Shown: positions 43,850-57,371 of the stretch, one piece after another
Layout of the letters: every line of letters begins with the position of its first letter
Numbering within the stretch: position 1 is the first letter of the stretch
Source of the DNA: the human T2T-CHM13v2.0 reference genome, Homo sapiens
DNA length: 64,000 nt
Reading direction: 5' to 3' (one strand)
Assembly: GCF_009914755.1 (NCBI RefSeq)
Contig: NC_060925.1
The notes under the pieces: model-generated
Seen by the model: the letters and a program-made list of their open reading frames with translations, nothing else
Told to the model about the DNA's origin: nothing
Databases searched by the model: none
Made by a program: the position numbers and the translations under genes

Positions 43850-44577
43850 CTGTAGGCAGTGATCACTTCTTGAAGGTTTTGAGAATGGAGTGACACATGG
43901 AAAGTATTATTTTAGTCAAGGTTCCTTCATTGCCTGTGACAGAAACCATCTTATGCCAAAAGGAGGCTTTATTATTAGAATGGAGGCATGTCTCATGAAC
44001 CTCCAGAGAAGGAATTCAGACAAGCCTTAAGAAGAAACTGAAACCACAAAAACAGAGAGCTGTCGGAGAAGTTGCCTTCTATTTTTCTCTCTGTCAGGCA
44101 GTCTTCATTTTTGTCACTCTCTCGACTGTCTTTACTGAAAGCTGTTTCATAAAGATGTCAGAATCTAACTGCCTCATACCTCCCAGAATTAAATGCTACT
44201 TTGTTATCCACATTGATAATTTACCATTATCACTATTCCCTCTCTTGGTATGTTAAGAATAAAGATTTTTGCAGCCTAATCTGGGCTTTGAAAATCCAGC
44301 TCTCTACAGGGTCTTTCTCTTATTATGCAGACAGGAGTTGAGAGCTCCTATTTTCTCTTTCTGGCAGGAAACTGGAAATGAATCCTGCAAAACAGCCTCT
44401 GTCCGTATGCAAATTTTTCAACTAAAAACTTTTGCATACACACTGTTTAGTCACTTGTGTAAGTTTGTTCAGTATTTTCTGCTGTAAGCTACTTGAGGGC
44501 CACTGTATAACCAGGGAACTATCACCTTTGATTAACCTGACATAAGCAGGCTATCTAGGGTAACTATGTACTAATAG

Positions 44578-44901
<324 letters not shown>

Positions 44902-45133
44902 TGGACACATTTTTATAAAAGTTTATAAAATGCTTAATCTCAATTTCTGAATTTATCTTATTCAGAAAAGATTAAATTGTGGATTGTGGATGAGCGAAAT
45001 CGTTCAGGAACAGGCACCAGTCTATGAATCAGTTTGAAAGACACTGACCCAGTCTGGCAATTTCAAAGGTATGATCTGTGGAACATAGGGCTCAGTATAG
45101 TCTTCGAAAATAAGTATTTTATGGTTGAATAGG

Positions 45134-45633
45134 TGTTATGGGTTGAACTGTGTTCCCCCAAAAGATATGTTGAAGTTTTAGCTCCAGGTACCTGTGAATG
45201 TGACTTTATTTGAAAATAAGATGTTTGGATATATTCACAGGTACCTGTGAATGTGACTTTATTTGAAAATCAAGTTCAAATGATGTCATTAGGGTGAGTC
45301 CTAATCCAACATGACTGGTGTTCTCACAAGAGAAGAGAAATTTGGACAAAGACAAATAGAGGAGAATGCCATGACACAGACGCAGAGGGAAGATGGTCAT
45401 GGAAAGATGGAGACAGAGACTGGAGTTACGCCGCCACAGCTAAGGAATACCTAGTGCTACCAGAAGCCAGAAGAAGCAAAGCCACACCCTCCCCTAGAGG
45501 GTATGGAAGGAGAATGGCCCTGCCAATACCTTCATTTTAGACTTCTGGCCTCCTTGACTGTGGGATAAGTTTCTGTTGTTTTAGGCAACCAGTTTGTCGT
45601 ATTTTGTTACAGCAGCCCTAGGAAACGAATACA
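45134..45633 (+). mobile_element. MaLR solo LTR, MLT1B/C-like, with internal duplication
   Basis: tgttatgggttgaactgtgttcccccc...ttttgttacagcagccctaggaaacgaataca. Flanks atagg/atacg (4/5 TSD). Confidence 0.88.
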
Positions 45634-47469
45634 ATACGTTTAAAAAATTCTGCATGCTATTGCATCCTCATCTCAGAGATTTCTGATTCATATTAGCATA
45701 AGGATTCTAAGACTTTCTACTTTATTTTTTTAAAAAATTAACTTTAATTCTAAATCTGAGATTTATTTCACCATGAAACACATTTGTACACAATGTTTAT
45801 ATTCCAAAAAGCAAGAGTTCCTTGGATTACTGTTGGGGATTTTTAATTTTTCTGTTTATTTTATAAATGAACAAAAATTAGGGGCTATAGTGGTGATAAC
45901 TGTTGGTCCTAACTCTCTTTTACCCGGGTTTTACCCTGGTTTTTTTACCATAACATTTTTACTGTAGTATAGCATAGAGATGTAGAGAACAGACAAACAA
46001 TAACAAATCCTAATTTTCTTTTGAATGAATTGTTAAAATTGTGCAATTTTCTTCCCAGGACTATATCTCATATATATTTGGGATAAAAAGGTAGATGGGC
46101 ACTGAGAGATTAAGTCTTTTCATTCTTATTTTCAAACACCCTTAAAATAGCTAAGAAAAACATAATATAAAATAAAATACATATAAGGAATGAATTCCAG
46201 GTGTTTTAGTTTATACAATACTATTTGAATAAAATACACAACTATGGAAATACAACAAAGTCATAAAGCAGCTATTTATTCAATACCTCCATATGATACC
46301 GAAAATAATTTTACATGTTTGAAAAATCTGGATAAATATTAAATAATTGTTAAAAATCCATAGCAGCATGTATTTTTTAAGAGCTAAAGTAGAATTTAGC
46401 ACAGCACCAAAGCAATTATTTTATTTCCTTTCTGAATATGGAACCACTCAATATTAATAATAAGAAAATAGTAATCCAGAGCATTAGGCTAGATGATTGT
46501 TAATTACTAAGTAAAATTAAAATCTGAAAGCACTATAATATTACTTTACCAAATGACATTATTTAAAACACTATCATTATAGTCAAGGGAAAACAGCACT
46601 GAAATGTTAAACTCTGTTAATTTTATTTCAAATGATCAATGTCTTTTATGATCAGAGAGTTTATGTTAATACCGGGCTTCACATTTTCTTTTTCAGTGTA
46701 TTAGCCAAAAGGCTTCCAACTCCTTTTTAAGCAGTAATGCTTCTTAGGGGAAATTTATACAGCCTGTACTGGCAATCCAACACAGAAAAACTACAAAGGC
46801 GATGACACTTATCCTGAGAACCACAAAACTATTTGAATTAAAATAAAAATAAGATGAACCTGGGTCCTTTCTCCAAATAAGCCTAACTCAGGTTTTAAAT
46901 TGGCAAAACAACTTTGAGCTACATCAAAGTTAATTGGGAGAAATTTTGCCTTTCCAGCACAGTCGTGTATTCTCTTCCATTTAAGAGTTTAAGAGCTCAT
47001 GCTGAGTTCTAACACCCTTCTGGAGCTACATTAAATTGAATGTTTTTTTCTTAATTTCTGACTAATAAAGAAATGATTATTGACCTACAGATTCTCCCTC
47101 TCTACTGCAATATTTAGACTTATGATTTTGCACAAATAGAGATTCTTGCAATATATAGAATTTTTAGGAAGCAGAGACCACATAGTAAACAATATGTATT
47201 TGTTTAATGGACAATTTGCTGAGTTCTATATGCTCTTGCATTACAGATAAGAAATCTGAGATCAAGAAAATTTCATGAAATATGTTCAAGGTCTCTTGAG
47301 TCCCCATAAGTGTGCTACAACATTCTTTTCAATATGCAATACTGCTTGAGACTAGATTAGACTCATTGGATAGTGTTTTCCAAAACCTCTTGGTCCAGTA
47401 TTGTTCAACGATAAGTTTGCATCAGTTCCAAAATGGAAAAGAGCAATTTTTAATATAAATCTTTCTTTA

Positions 47470-47830
47470 TTCATTAGTGATGGAATCCCAGTTTTATTTG
47501 GGCACTAGTCTATCCATAAAGATTACATTTCTTAATTTTTCATACAGATAGATGTGGTCATGTGACTAAATTCTAGCCAATGATGTGATACTGGAAGTAA
47601 TATCCTGTTCCTGGGTATACAGCAAGATAGAAGAAAACTGAATAAGTAATGAATATGGTTCTCCATGCCAAATATGGACTGTCTCCAGTCATTTTTTTAC
47701 ATGCAATGAAAGTGCATTTCCACCATGTTAAATCGCTACTCTGTATATGTGTATGGGTTTGAGTTTCAGAGTGGGCAGTGGTTTTTTTTTTCTTTTTTAT
47801 GCAGAAGGATCTAATATTATCTCATTCAGC
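47470..47830 (+). mobile_element. Ancient ERVL LTR remnant (LTR33-like)
   Basis: gatgtggtcatgtgactaaattctagccaatgatgtgatactggaagt is a motif typical of LTR33/LTR16. Confidence 0.45.
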
Positions 47831-47944
47831 AATGTGAGTTTCTCCTAAAACTCTATATATTCAATACAAAAACTCAGTCTTGGTTAGGCAATTATATCTT
47901 CTTTATCCTTTTCATATTTTGGAATTTAAAATATCTTTGTTTAT

Positions 47945-48720
47945 CATATGAAAAAAAAGCTCAACATCTCTGATCGTTAGAGAAATGCAAATCAAAACTA
48001 CAATGAGATACCACCTCACATCAGTCAGAATGGCTATTAGTAAAAAGTCAAAAAATAACAGATGCTAGCAAGGTTGGGGAGAAAAAGGAATGCTTTTACA
48101 CTGTTGGTAGTGTTAATTAGTTCAACCATGTGGAAGACAGTGTGGCCATTCCTTAAAGACCTAGAGACAGAAATACCATTTGACCCAGCAATCCCATTAC
48201 TAGGTATATACCCAAAGGAATACAAATCATTCTATTATAAAGATACACGCACATGTATGTTCATTGCAGCACTATTAACAATAGCAAAGACATGGAGTTA
48301 ACCTAAATGACCAATAATGATAGAATAAAGAAGATGTGGTACATATATACCATGGAATACTATGCAGCCACAAAAAAGAACAAGATCATGTCCTTCACAG
48401 GGACATGGATGGAGCTGGAGGCCATTATCCTCAGCAAACTAATGCAGGAATAGAAAACCAAATACTATATGTTCTCATTTATAAGTGGGAACTAAATGAT
48501 AAGAACACATGGATACATAGGAACAACCCACACTGGGGCCTCTTGGAGGGTGGGAGGAGGGAGAGGATCAGAAAAATAACTAATGGATACTCGGCTTCAT
48601 ACCTAGGTGATGAAATAATCTGTACAACAAACCCCCATGACACACATTTACCTAGGTAGCAAACATACACACCCTGCACAAGTGTCCCTGAACATAAAAG
48701 TTAAAAAATAATAAAAATAT
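47945..48720 (+). mobile_element. 5'-truncated L1PA15/16-like 3' end
   Basis: ORF2 C-terminal text (DPAIPLLGIYPKEYK) and 3' UTR gggaggagggagaggatcagaaaaataactaatgg...acaaacccccatgacac. Near-TSD atctttgttt(t)at at 47933-47944 and 48727-48739. Confidence 0.92.
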
Positions 48721-51137
48721 TTTAAAATCTTTGTTTTATGAAATAATTTTAAATAACTGTTAAGTTTTTGTTTACATAATTTGAAAAATTAAAAGTTGGC
48801 AAACCTATGAAATTCCAAAAATTTCCATTTTTATATTTTACTAAATGAAAAAATGTGGAGACAACCAATTTCGGTCATTTTTCATTTGCCAGCTTCACCA
48901 GATCAAAGAGAAATTTGAAACCTGCAGTTGAATTCATTAAGATTCTAAATAAAAGTCATTTGAACCAATGTTTATTAATTTTTGCATATATATACTGTTA
49001 ATATGATTTCCTCAATAATGCAGAATTTTTTAATTTTATTTTACTCAAGATTTAAATGCCTGACCTCTTCTTATTAATGTTGATGATATTAATTGTGCTT
49101 AAAAGTCATACCATGAAATATAGGTCAATGGTTTATTAATTAGTGGCAATTTAGAATATAACAGTAAACAAAGCAAATAGAGTGAAAATGGCCTAGATAT
49201 TTGTAATTAGGCAATATATATCCCTTCAAATGTTATTAGACAAAGCAATTCCATTTGCTTTTGAGGAAAATTAAGTTGCCATTGCAAAAATATAAACTCT
49301 ATTTGAACCAAATAGTGGTGGTTTTGTTCTCTATTGCTAAGCCTGGCATTCTGGGACATCTGTTTTTTACTCTGACCACTGGTCATTAAGTACCTTTAAA
49401 TACATTGATTGTATTTGCTGAAGGAACCAAACACATGTTATATAAATGTAATTTTTAAAAACTAATTTCCTTGGTCAAATTGTTTTAGTTTTATTATAGT
49501 TTTGGCTTTTAGAGAAACATTCAAAATTGCAGATTTAAAGTAACATGCCATTAAACAGGCCTGTGTATTCATCTACTTAAATAATATATATTTAATAAAT
49601 TTATAGTTAGATTTCTTCCTGAGAAAAATGAAGAAACTGATGGAAATAAATTCAGAATCTTAATTAAAATTTTATTCTAGACAGTATTTTCTAATGTCAT
49701 TTCATTTATTTGTTTATGTATTTGTTTATAATTTATGAAAATAATAAAAATGTTCTATCAACATTGATTATGTTAGGATTATGAGTACTTTAATTGACAA
49801 TACTATTAAATATAACTGATCATACCTTTTAAAAATAAATTTATTATCTATCTATATTTATTATCTGCTTTAAATGTTTACCAAACTTAACTTCCTATTG
49901 GACTACTCACATTAAAGAGAATCTTGACTTCATTAATGTGCACATTATCCAATTCATGCTGAATCCAAGAGTTATGATATTGAACAATATGCCTGGGGGT
50001 TCTTATAATACAAAATTTAAGTATGTCTATAATTATGACATTTTGTGAACTTTATGCGGTTATGCCACCCCATGATGTTTAATGTTGTTCTTTTTAATCC
50101 GGTGCATTTGCTTATTTAGCTACTGGCATTTAATGTAAAGGATATGTCTTCTCATATGGCTATAAATGTCTTTTATGTGTTTAATGCAAAGCTTGCTAAG
50201 CTTTAGCAATATATATTTTGGTATCTTTATGTTTACACCTGTAAAATCTTTTCTAATAGCTATAATTATGTAGGTGTCTCTTGTAACTCTTACTTTAGAA
50301 AGAATGCCATACTATATTTAGTAGATACCATAAATGACTTCAATATAATTTTTCTATTATTCTTATGATCAGCTCAACTCACTTTTCAGACATATGCCTA
50401 GTATTTTTCAATCTTCAAATGACCATTGTACTTTTCTAGGGGCAAAAGAGCAGGCTATTTCTAAACAACTACAGTTCCCATTATACCAAAAGAATATCTT
50501 CTTAGGGGATTATAAAAGCTGTAATTTCATCTCAGCGTTCCTGCAACTAAACTGCTTGAGTTTCCTCCTGCAATTTATGGCATTACGTGCATCCTCGAAG
50601 GAATTATAGACTTATAATACTCCCTTGAGATATATTCTTTATGTTTTCCATGTTTATGTCTAAAAAGGTTCTGCAACTGGCACTTGATGGAAGAGCAGAT
50701 TGTGTAGTTACCTCTTCAATTATTTTTAGCAATTTAAAAGACAGCAACTGTAACTTAACACAAATGCCTTTCTACAGTAGTTCACTTGGGCTAAAATCTG
50801 CAAAATCTGCAAAGTTCTAACTTCCAATAGACATCTCAGGGTTATTGACTCTGCCCTCCAAACTTATGTCTTAATTGAATGTAATCACTGGCTGTTTTAT
50901 GTAAAACTATATACTGTAGTTTGTAATGAAATATGTTCCTTTTACCAGTTATGCTAAGTGTATGTATACATATAGATACATAATTATGTTTTAGATTTTT
51001 GTCTCTGAATATGTGGCCTCATTTTCTTCCTATTAAATTTTAAATCCATATCAGTAATGTCAGTTACTTTTATTATTATTTTCACAAAAGAGTTAAGTAG
51101 TCATTTCAGAGCCTGAAAGCTGAGTAACACAATAAAC

Positions 51138-51355
51138 CAGGGTTTCTTAATTTAAACACTAATGGCATTTTGGACTATATAACTACTTGTTGCAGGAGGA
51201 TCGTCTTAGACATTATAGAGTGTTTGGCAACATCCTTGGCTACTGCCAATTGGAATTAGTCATACACTCCAATTGTGGCAACCCAATATTTCTCCAGACA
51301 TTGCCAAATGTCTCCCACGGACATCATAATAATGATGTCCAGTGAGAAACATCAA
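51138..51355 (-). mobile_element. MER20 DNA transposon
   Basis: cagggtttcttaatttaaacact...gtgtttggcaacatccttggc...tctccagacattgccaaatgtc. Confidence 0.8.
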
Positions 51356-53637
51356 TATAATGCATTGAACTTTATTGAACAGATTGGCATCAATTGCTTA
51401 TTTCAACCTTGAAAATGAATCTTCTCAGAATTCTACCCTATTGAGTCCATATCAAGTATGGTAGTGATAATAACATAGAGAAATAAGACTCTTGACAGTA
51501 ATCACAGTAATCACACAATATGTCTCAAATACCAGCTATTGATATATTGGTAAGGGTCATATGAGGCCTTGAGTGTGGAACATATGCTACTCTGAGGGTG
51601 AAAAAAAAAGCTCACAGTATTGCAGTCTACTAAAATGGATAGGTCAAATATACAGAAAGATTAAGAGTTAAAAGTACCCATGAAAAAGTAGATAGTTCTA
51701 GCTCTATTTGATACAATAAATATTTTAATGTACCTGAACTTTTGCCCTAGTTCAGTCAAAATAATAACCAAATTTTTCATTTTATGTTTCATATAAATAT
51801 TTAAGAGTGTAAATATACTTGTCTGTACTTTTATAAATCAGAAATTGTATCACTCTAGATGTGTTCATATATGGATCTGTTTTTAGATGAATATCAAGAT
51901 ATTACAGGTGTACTTGCAAGTTCACAAGTAGCTAAAATGAAAAGGATTTTGGACAGTGATTTCCTGTCCTTTGATTACAAGCATCACTTATTACATTGCA
52001 TTAAAAGAAGTATGAAAATTTCTATTCTGTCCAGTCATTTTTGGCTAATTAATATACCTTTCATACAGACACAGGTTTCAAATTTTGGAAACCAGAAGTT
52101 ATAAACATGTCTGCAACTAAAGGACATGTTTTTGTATAATGCATATCACTGTTATCTATCTGCATATATAATATATGCCAAAATACATACATACATATGC
52201 AGACATTAATGAGCATAACTTTGACATAAGACAAATTAACAACTTGTAAATTCTGCTATGATTATTAAGTGCACACATTATCTTAAAAAGCGTTATTGAA
52301 AACATTATTATTTTTTGTCTTGCATATTCTCAAAGATGTTAAAACTACATCTCATTATGTAACTAGACATGATTAATATTTTTTACATTTCAAAATTCTA
52401 AAATTGGAACTCACTATCTTTGGATAAGTACACTTAGGTTTAGCCTCAGATTTGCTATTTAAATATGTTATATTGAGAAAATAGCTTAATATTTCTGAAA
52501 CACAATGTCCTTCTATGTAAATTCAGAAGAAACCATTATTTGTAAATTTTGTGGCTTATATTATAGGTTCTTTATCCATTTAATTCTCATTAAATAACTT
52601 TTTCATTTACCAGATTTTTATTGAATGTGTGTTATATACTAGTTTCTATATTAGGTGTTGTAAAATTGAAGAAGACAGACATGATCCTTGGAATGATCTT
52701 TTGAATCAGTTAGGTGAAGTAAACATGTATTGATGCCCATATATTCAGCATTTTGTGCTTCTTTTTCATTCCTAAAAACACTTAGATTTTTTATCAGAGA
52801 ACATTGCCTCCAACTTTGTAATTTGAGATTGACCTTCACACTCCTTAGGCCCCCAAACTTGAGATTTTTGGTCAATGGTTAACAAAAAGATGCGCCCTCT
52901 CATTCACTTTCTCTTTCTGAGTCTTAACTAAGAATAATGTGGTTGGTCTAAAAATTGTTGATGACTGACTTTTGATACTAAAAGATACTGAAAGATAAAG
53001 CAAGGAAATGTAATAAAACCAGTCCTTGGTGACATTGTTGAACCAGTGAATCAACCAACTCTGAATTTGGCCTTACTTCTGATATTTTCTTTTACATAAA
53101 CCAATATATTCCCTTATTTTTAATGGCAAGTTATCTTGATTTTCTAATACATGCTATAATAAAAGTCTAAACGTATATACAAAGCTTTATCCAGAATGCA
53201 TAGGAATAAATAAAGAAAATAAAGCTTATCCGTAGCATATTTAGTAAGTGACTGAGCTGAGATTAACATCCAAGTCTGTTTGACTTTAAAATTTCAGAAT
53301 TAAAGATATGATTTCTATAAAAGTGCAAAACACTATAAAATTTGAAGTGGTAAGATAATCCCAAACATTTAGTCTCTGAGTCTGAGACATGGCTACAAGA
53401 TTTATTCACATTGCCTTTTTATTTGGCTGGCAAGTGACTAGTAGGTCCTAAAGTTGTGAGTACTATGGAAATGAGATTCTCTTTGAATTGGAGTTTGGCA
53501 AATATATTTTGATAGAAGTGAAGACTTGACCATAATTGATGCTGAATACATTGCTTTATGGGGCATTGAGGATTTTGTTGTTTTAACTTGCCTTCACTAT
53601 GTTTCATAAATGATGACTGCTAGTGTTAAAAATAAAT

Positions 53638-53930
53638 GTTCTGGCATGGTGGCTCATGCCTGTAATCTCAGCACTTTGAAAGGCTGAGGTGGATGGATCA
53701 CTTGAGTCCAGGAGTTTGAGACTAGCTTGGGCAACATGGCAAAACCCTGCTCTACTAAAAACACAAAAATTAGCCAGGTATGATGGCGCATGCCTGTAAT
53801 CCTAGCCACTTGGGAAGCTGAGGCACGGGATTCACTTGAGCCCAGGAGGTTGAGCTTGCAGTGAGCTGAGATCACACCACTGCCGTCCAGCCTGGGTGAC
53901 AGAGTAAGACTCTGTCTCAAAAAAGAAAAA
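53638..53930 (+). mobile_element. Alu SINE, AluJb-like
   Basis: ggcatggtggctcatgcctgtaatctcagcactttg...cttgagcccaggaggttgag...gggtgacagagtaagactctgtctcaaaaaag. Confidence 0.94.
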
Positions 53931-54971
53931 CGTGTTATGACACTGTAACAATGAAATATGATTAAGCAAAAAATGCAAATAAAAACGTACAATGACTTCT
54001 GTGACTATTTCCCCTTCTTTTTTACCCTCTTGTCTTCTTCCAGTACTTTCTCTTCTTTCATTTCAGACACATAGGCAATGACATGCAGGCAATGGCATGT
54101 GCAAATACCTGGACACCCCAAAAGGATGTGACAAGGTTGGTTGCAAAGGATATTGTGTCATCACCGAGTGATATTGTAAAGGCCTGTAGATATTTTAGAT
54201 TTCCTGGTTTCTAGAAATTACTTTGAAATTTAACCTTTGGGCTGATGGTTCCACCATACAACAGCTTAATTTAAACTTTTTTGAAGTGTAGAGTTTCACT
54301 TTCTTTTGGGAACCCATTTTAGCACCACTTCCAGGCGTGTCATTTTTTTTATCAGAATATTTTGAAATATAAATTTTTCCTCTTCCTAACCCACCTAACT
54401 TTGCATTATCCCACACTCTCACAAGGATCATTACACTTCCTCTTCAATTTTATTAAGATCTTCAGGGTTTCACTCCCTTCCTGGAGTATCTTTTTTTCTT
54501 AATTCTGTCTATACCAACCACTTAAAATCCAATTTCTCAAGTATTCTGATAATTTGCCATCTTGATATTTCACTTAATTCTTCACTAAGTTACAATTTTG
54601 GAAAAGGCTATGCATCCACTATTTCTCTTTTTGCTCCTCTGTTTTAGATGGTTAACTGTTATAGCCTCTGACTTCGGCTTTTCTACTGATTTTTAGGGAG
54701 CTTTTAAGATTATGTCTGTTCTTATGTATGACTTATTTTCCCTTTTCAGACTTTTCCACATTCTCTAATAGCTGTTTCTTCATTCAGAGTTTATGAATAG
54801 CTGTTTTTTGTGCCTTGAACTGAAAATGTTCATCTATCTGTATATCAAAACAGTAGTATGCGTTGAGATGATGTGAAGTTGCATCCTCAAATGCTGAAGT
54901 ATTTATTAACTAAACTCATTGTAATAATTACTAATAAATTTTTCTACAAAATTTAATCATTTTGGCACTAA

Positions 54972-55181
54972 TTGTGGACAGGTAGAACATTTATCTGCTG
55001 AAGTATCTCATTATAGGATGTTAACAGAAAAATTAATATATCAGAAGGGCACATTGATGTCTCAACTCTTCCGGGCTTTTAAAAAATCTGTAAGTTTTAG
55101 TACAGTCAGTGTGATAGGACTAAAAGCATTTTGGACATGAATGTAATGCTGTAAACAGTGATTAAATGGTCACTTGGAGTT
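54972..55181 (+). repeat. Inverted repeat arm A (partner A' at 56284-56493)
   Basis: Its reverse complement aligns ungapped to 56284-56493 over 210 bp with 7 mismatches (manual alignment). Confidence 0.97.
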
Positions 55182-55389
55182 TAACATCCTGTTCTACATG
55201 GAGACCAAGGTAGGAGTGAAGTGGTCGCTAAAAGTGGGATAGCTTATATTAAAACTGCCCTTGTATTAAAAAATGGTATTCTTGGCCAGACATGGACATC
55301 AGCAATTAGCACTGATTTTTCACACAAGGACAGATTCATTTCCACGAATGCTCTAAACCAAGAAAAGCCAAGTCTGGTGGAAAAATGTG

Positions 55390-55625
55390 GTAGAGGATTT
55401 TCTCAGCACAAAACATTGGTAGATCTGGAGTCAAGAGATCTAGATTCAAAATTTGAGCTCCCTTTACATCAACTATATAACTTTGAACAAAGTAATTTCT
55501 CTGTGCCTCCCTTTTCTCCTATGATAGATGAAAATTATGGTTCTCTTCCTCCCAGAGTTAGAGGTATTAAAAAATAACATATAGAGGATTCTACTACAAT
55601 GAACGTCATGAATGGTAGATTCATG
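55390..55625 (+). mobile_element. MIR SINE
   Basis: tctggagtcaagagatctagattcaaaatttgagctcc...taactttgaacaaagtaatttctctgtgcctcccttttctc...gttagaggtattaaaaaataac. Confidence 0.7.
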
Positions 55626-55864
55626 ATTTTTATTATGTGTTAATTTTATTTCCCACCCACCCTTCCTCCACTACTGATTCAAATCTATAATAATGTGTTT
55701 TCTTCACCATTAATGTTTTGTGTGACTTTCATGAACACAACTTACTGGGTATCTCTATAAACATCCATTTACAAACTTTTTGTCTAACACTTGATATGTG
55801 TATATACATTGATTGATTGACTTTCACAAATCAAATATACATTGATTGATTGACTTTTTTCATC

Positions 55865-56143
55865 TCCCTCTTCATAATTTCCCTGAGAAGTTTTACCCAA
55901 CATTGCTGCTTAGTTCTCATCCAACAGATAGAAAATGGAGACCAGATTCTACGCCTGGATTCCATGACATTAAAGTGGACTGCTGTTCTGATCTATGGAA
56001 GCCTGTCTGAGCTACAATCTGGTAGATGTATCATCATTCCCTCCTGGCCATGCTAACATCCTAAAATTGAACTATTTGAATGTTAATAATAGAGTAAATT
56101 TTTCTATACCCTATGGAAAGTAGAGATTTGAGCACCTGGCCTA
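55865..56143 (+). repeat. Inverted repeat arm B (partner B' at 57372-57651)
   Basis: Aligns to the reverse complement of 57372-57651. Perfect shared blocks tgacattaaagtggactgctgttct and tatcatcattccctcctggccatgc; roughly 80% identity by eye. Confidence 0.95.
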
Positions 56144-56283
56144 CCATCATGCTCTACCTCCCCCACTTCCTTTTCAGAACATTCAGCATGATTTATGTGT
56201 GGGGTTATACTGGCAATGTCTGACAAATGTGATTGAATTATTCTTTTCTTCTTTATATTTGTTTCAAACGGAAATGGTTTTGG

Positions 56284-56493
56284 AACTCCAAGTGACCATT
56301 TAATCACTGTTTACAGCATTACATTCATGTCCAAAGTGCTTTTAGTCCTATTACACTGACTGTACTGAAACTTACAGATTTTTTAAAAGCACAGAAGAGT
56401 TGAGACATCAATGTGCCCTTCTGATACATTAATTTTTCTGTTAACATCCTATAATGAGATACTTCAACAGATAAATGTTCTACCTGTCCACAA
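56284..56493 (-). repeat. Inverted repeat arm A'
   Basis: aactccaagtgaccatttaatcactg...gttctacctgtccacaa is the reverse complement of 54972-55181. Confidence 0.97.
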
Positions 56494-57371
56494 GCAAAAT
56501 TGCTTCTCAACTATTTACCTCTCTTTAACTCATCTTCAATAAAAGTTTGATATCACAGATTGGTCATATGTCGTCTTCATCCAGTTAACACAAATTGTAT
56601 ATACACTTCAGATAGGAAACATAATGAAAGCTTACACTTTTCCAAAAACATCTCCAGAAATCCTTTGACTCTAGTAATAATGTCTTGATTGTTTCTAAGG
56701 CCATTTTCTGGTTCTATAATATATCCCTGCCACTGCTCTGTGGATTTTTGAAAATAGTATACTTGATCTAAACATTTTTAAAACAACCGAACAGTAAGTT
56801 TAGATTCAAAGCTGCAGAGTGACTATTTTTGTGTCCATCTGTACTTGTCATTTCACATCAAAGCAGAAATCTGTGAAAATATTCTATTTTGTTTCTATTA
56901 TTGTCACACATAATGATTGCTCAAAAGTGTTCCTCAAAGCCATTTTATTTTAGACCATCCCTGGTTTCCTCAGTGAAATAGCACAATGGAAATTCTGCTA
57001 TATTTTAACAACCTTTTTTTTCAAAACCCACACTTAAACATGAAGCCTAAGAATTTAAATTTCTGTTTAAACATTCTCTCTTGAGCCATAAGCTGCTGTG
57101 CTGTTTTCCTATTCATTCTCAGTATTTCCTCTCTTTTTGTCCTTCTCTACACATCTAGTACTGCATTTTCTACCTCACCTCCCATGCCTCCTTTCCAAGC
57201 CTAGACTCCAGGGCTAGTCATTCCAATCATAATTTTCTTCATAGCAGAGACTCTTTCATGCTAAGAAATTCTTATCAACCTTACTGTGACAGATATTTAT
57301 GAAATTCTTTAACTACTGTTTCTCCTACTGAGGCTGGGTTTGTGGATGGACATCATGAAACTGGATGAATT

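Noticed and set aside
48950-49450. AT-rich unique stretch with many TAAT/ATTA words as a homeobox enhancer
   Set aside because: Such words are expected at this AT content, and conservation cannot be judged from a single sequence.
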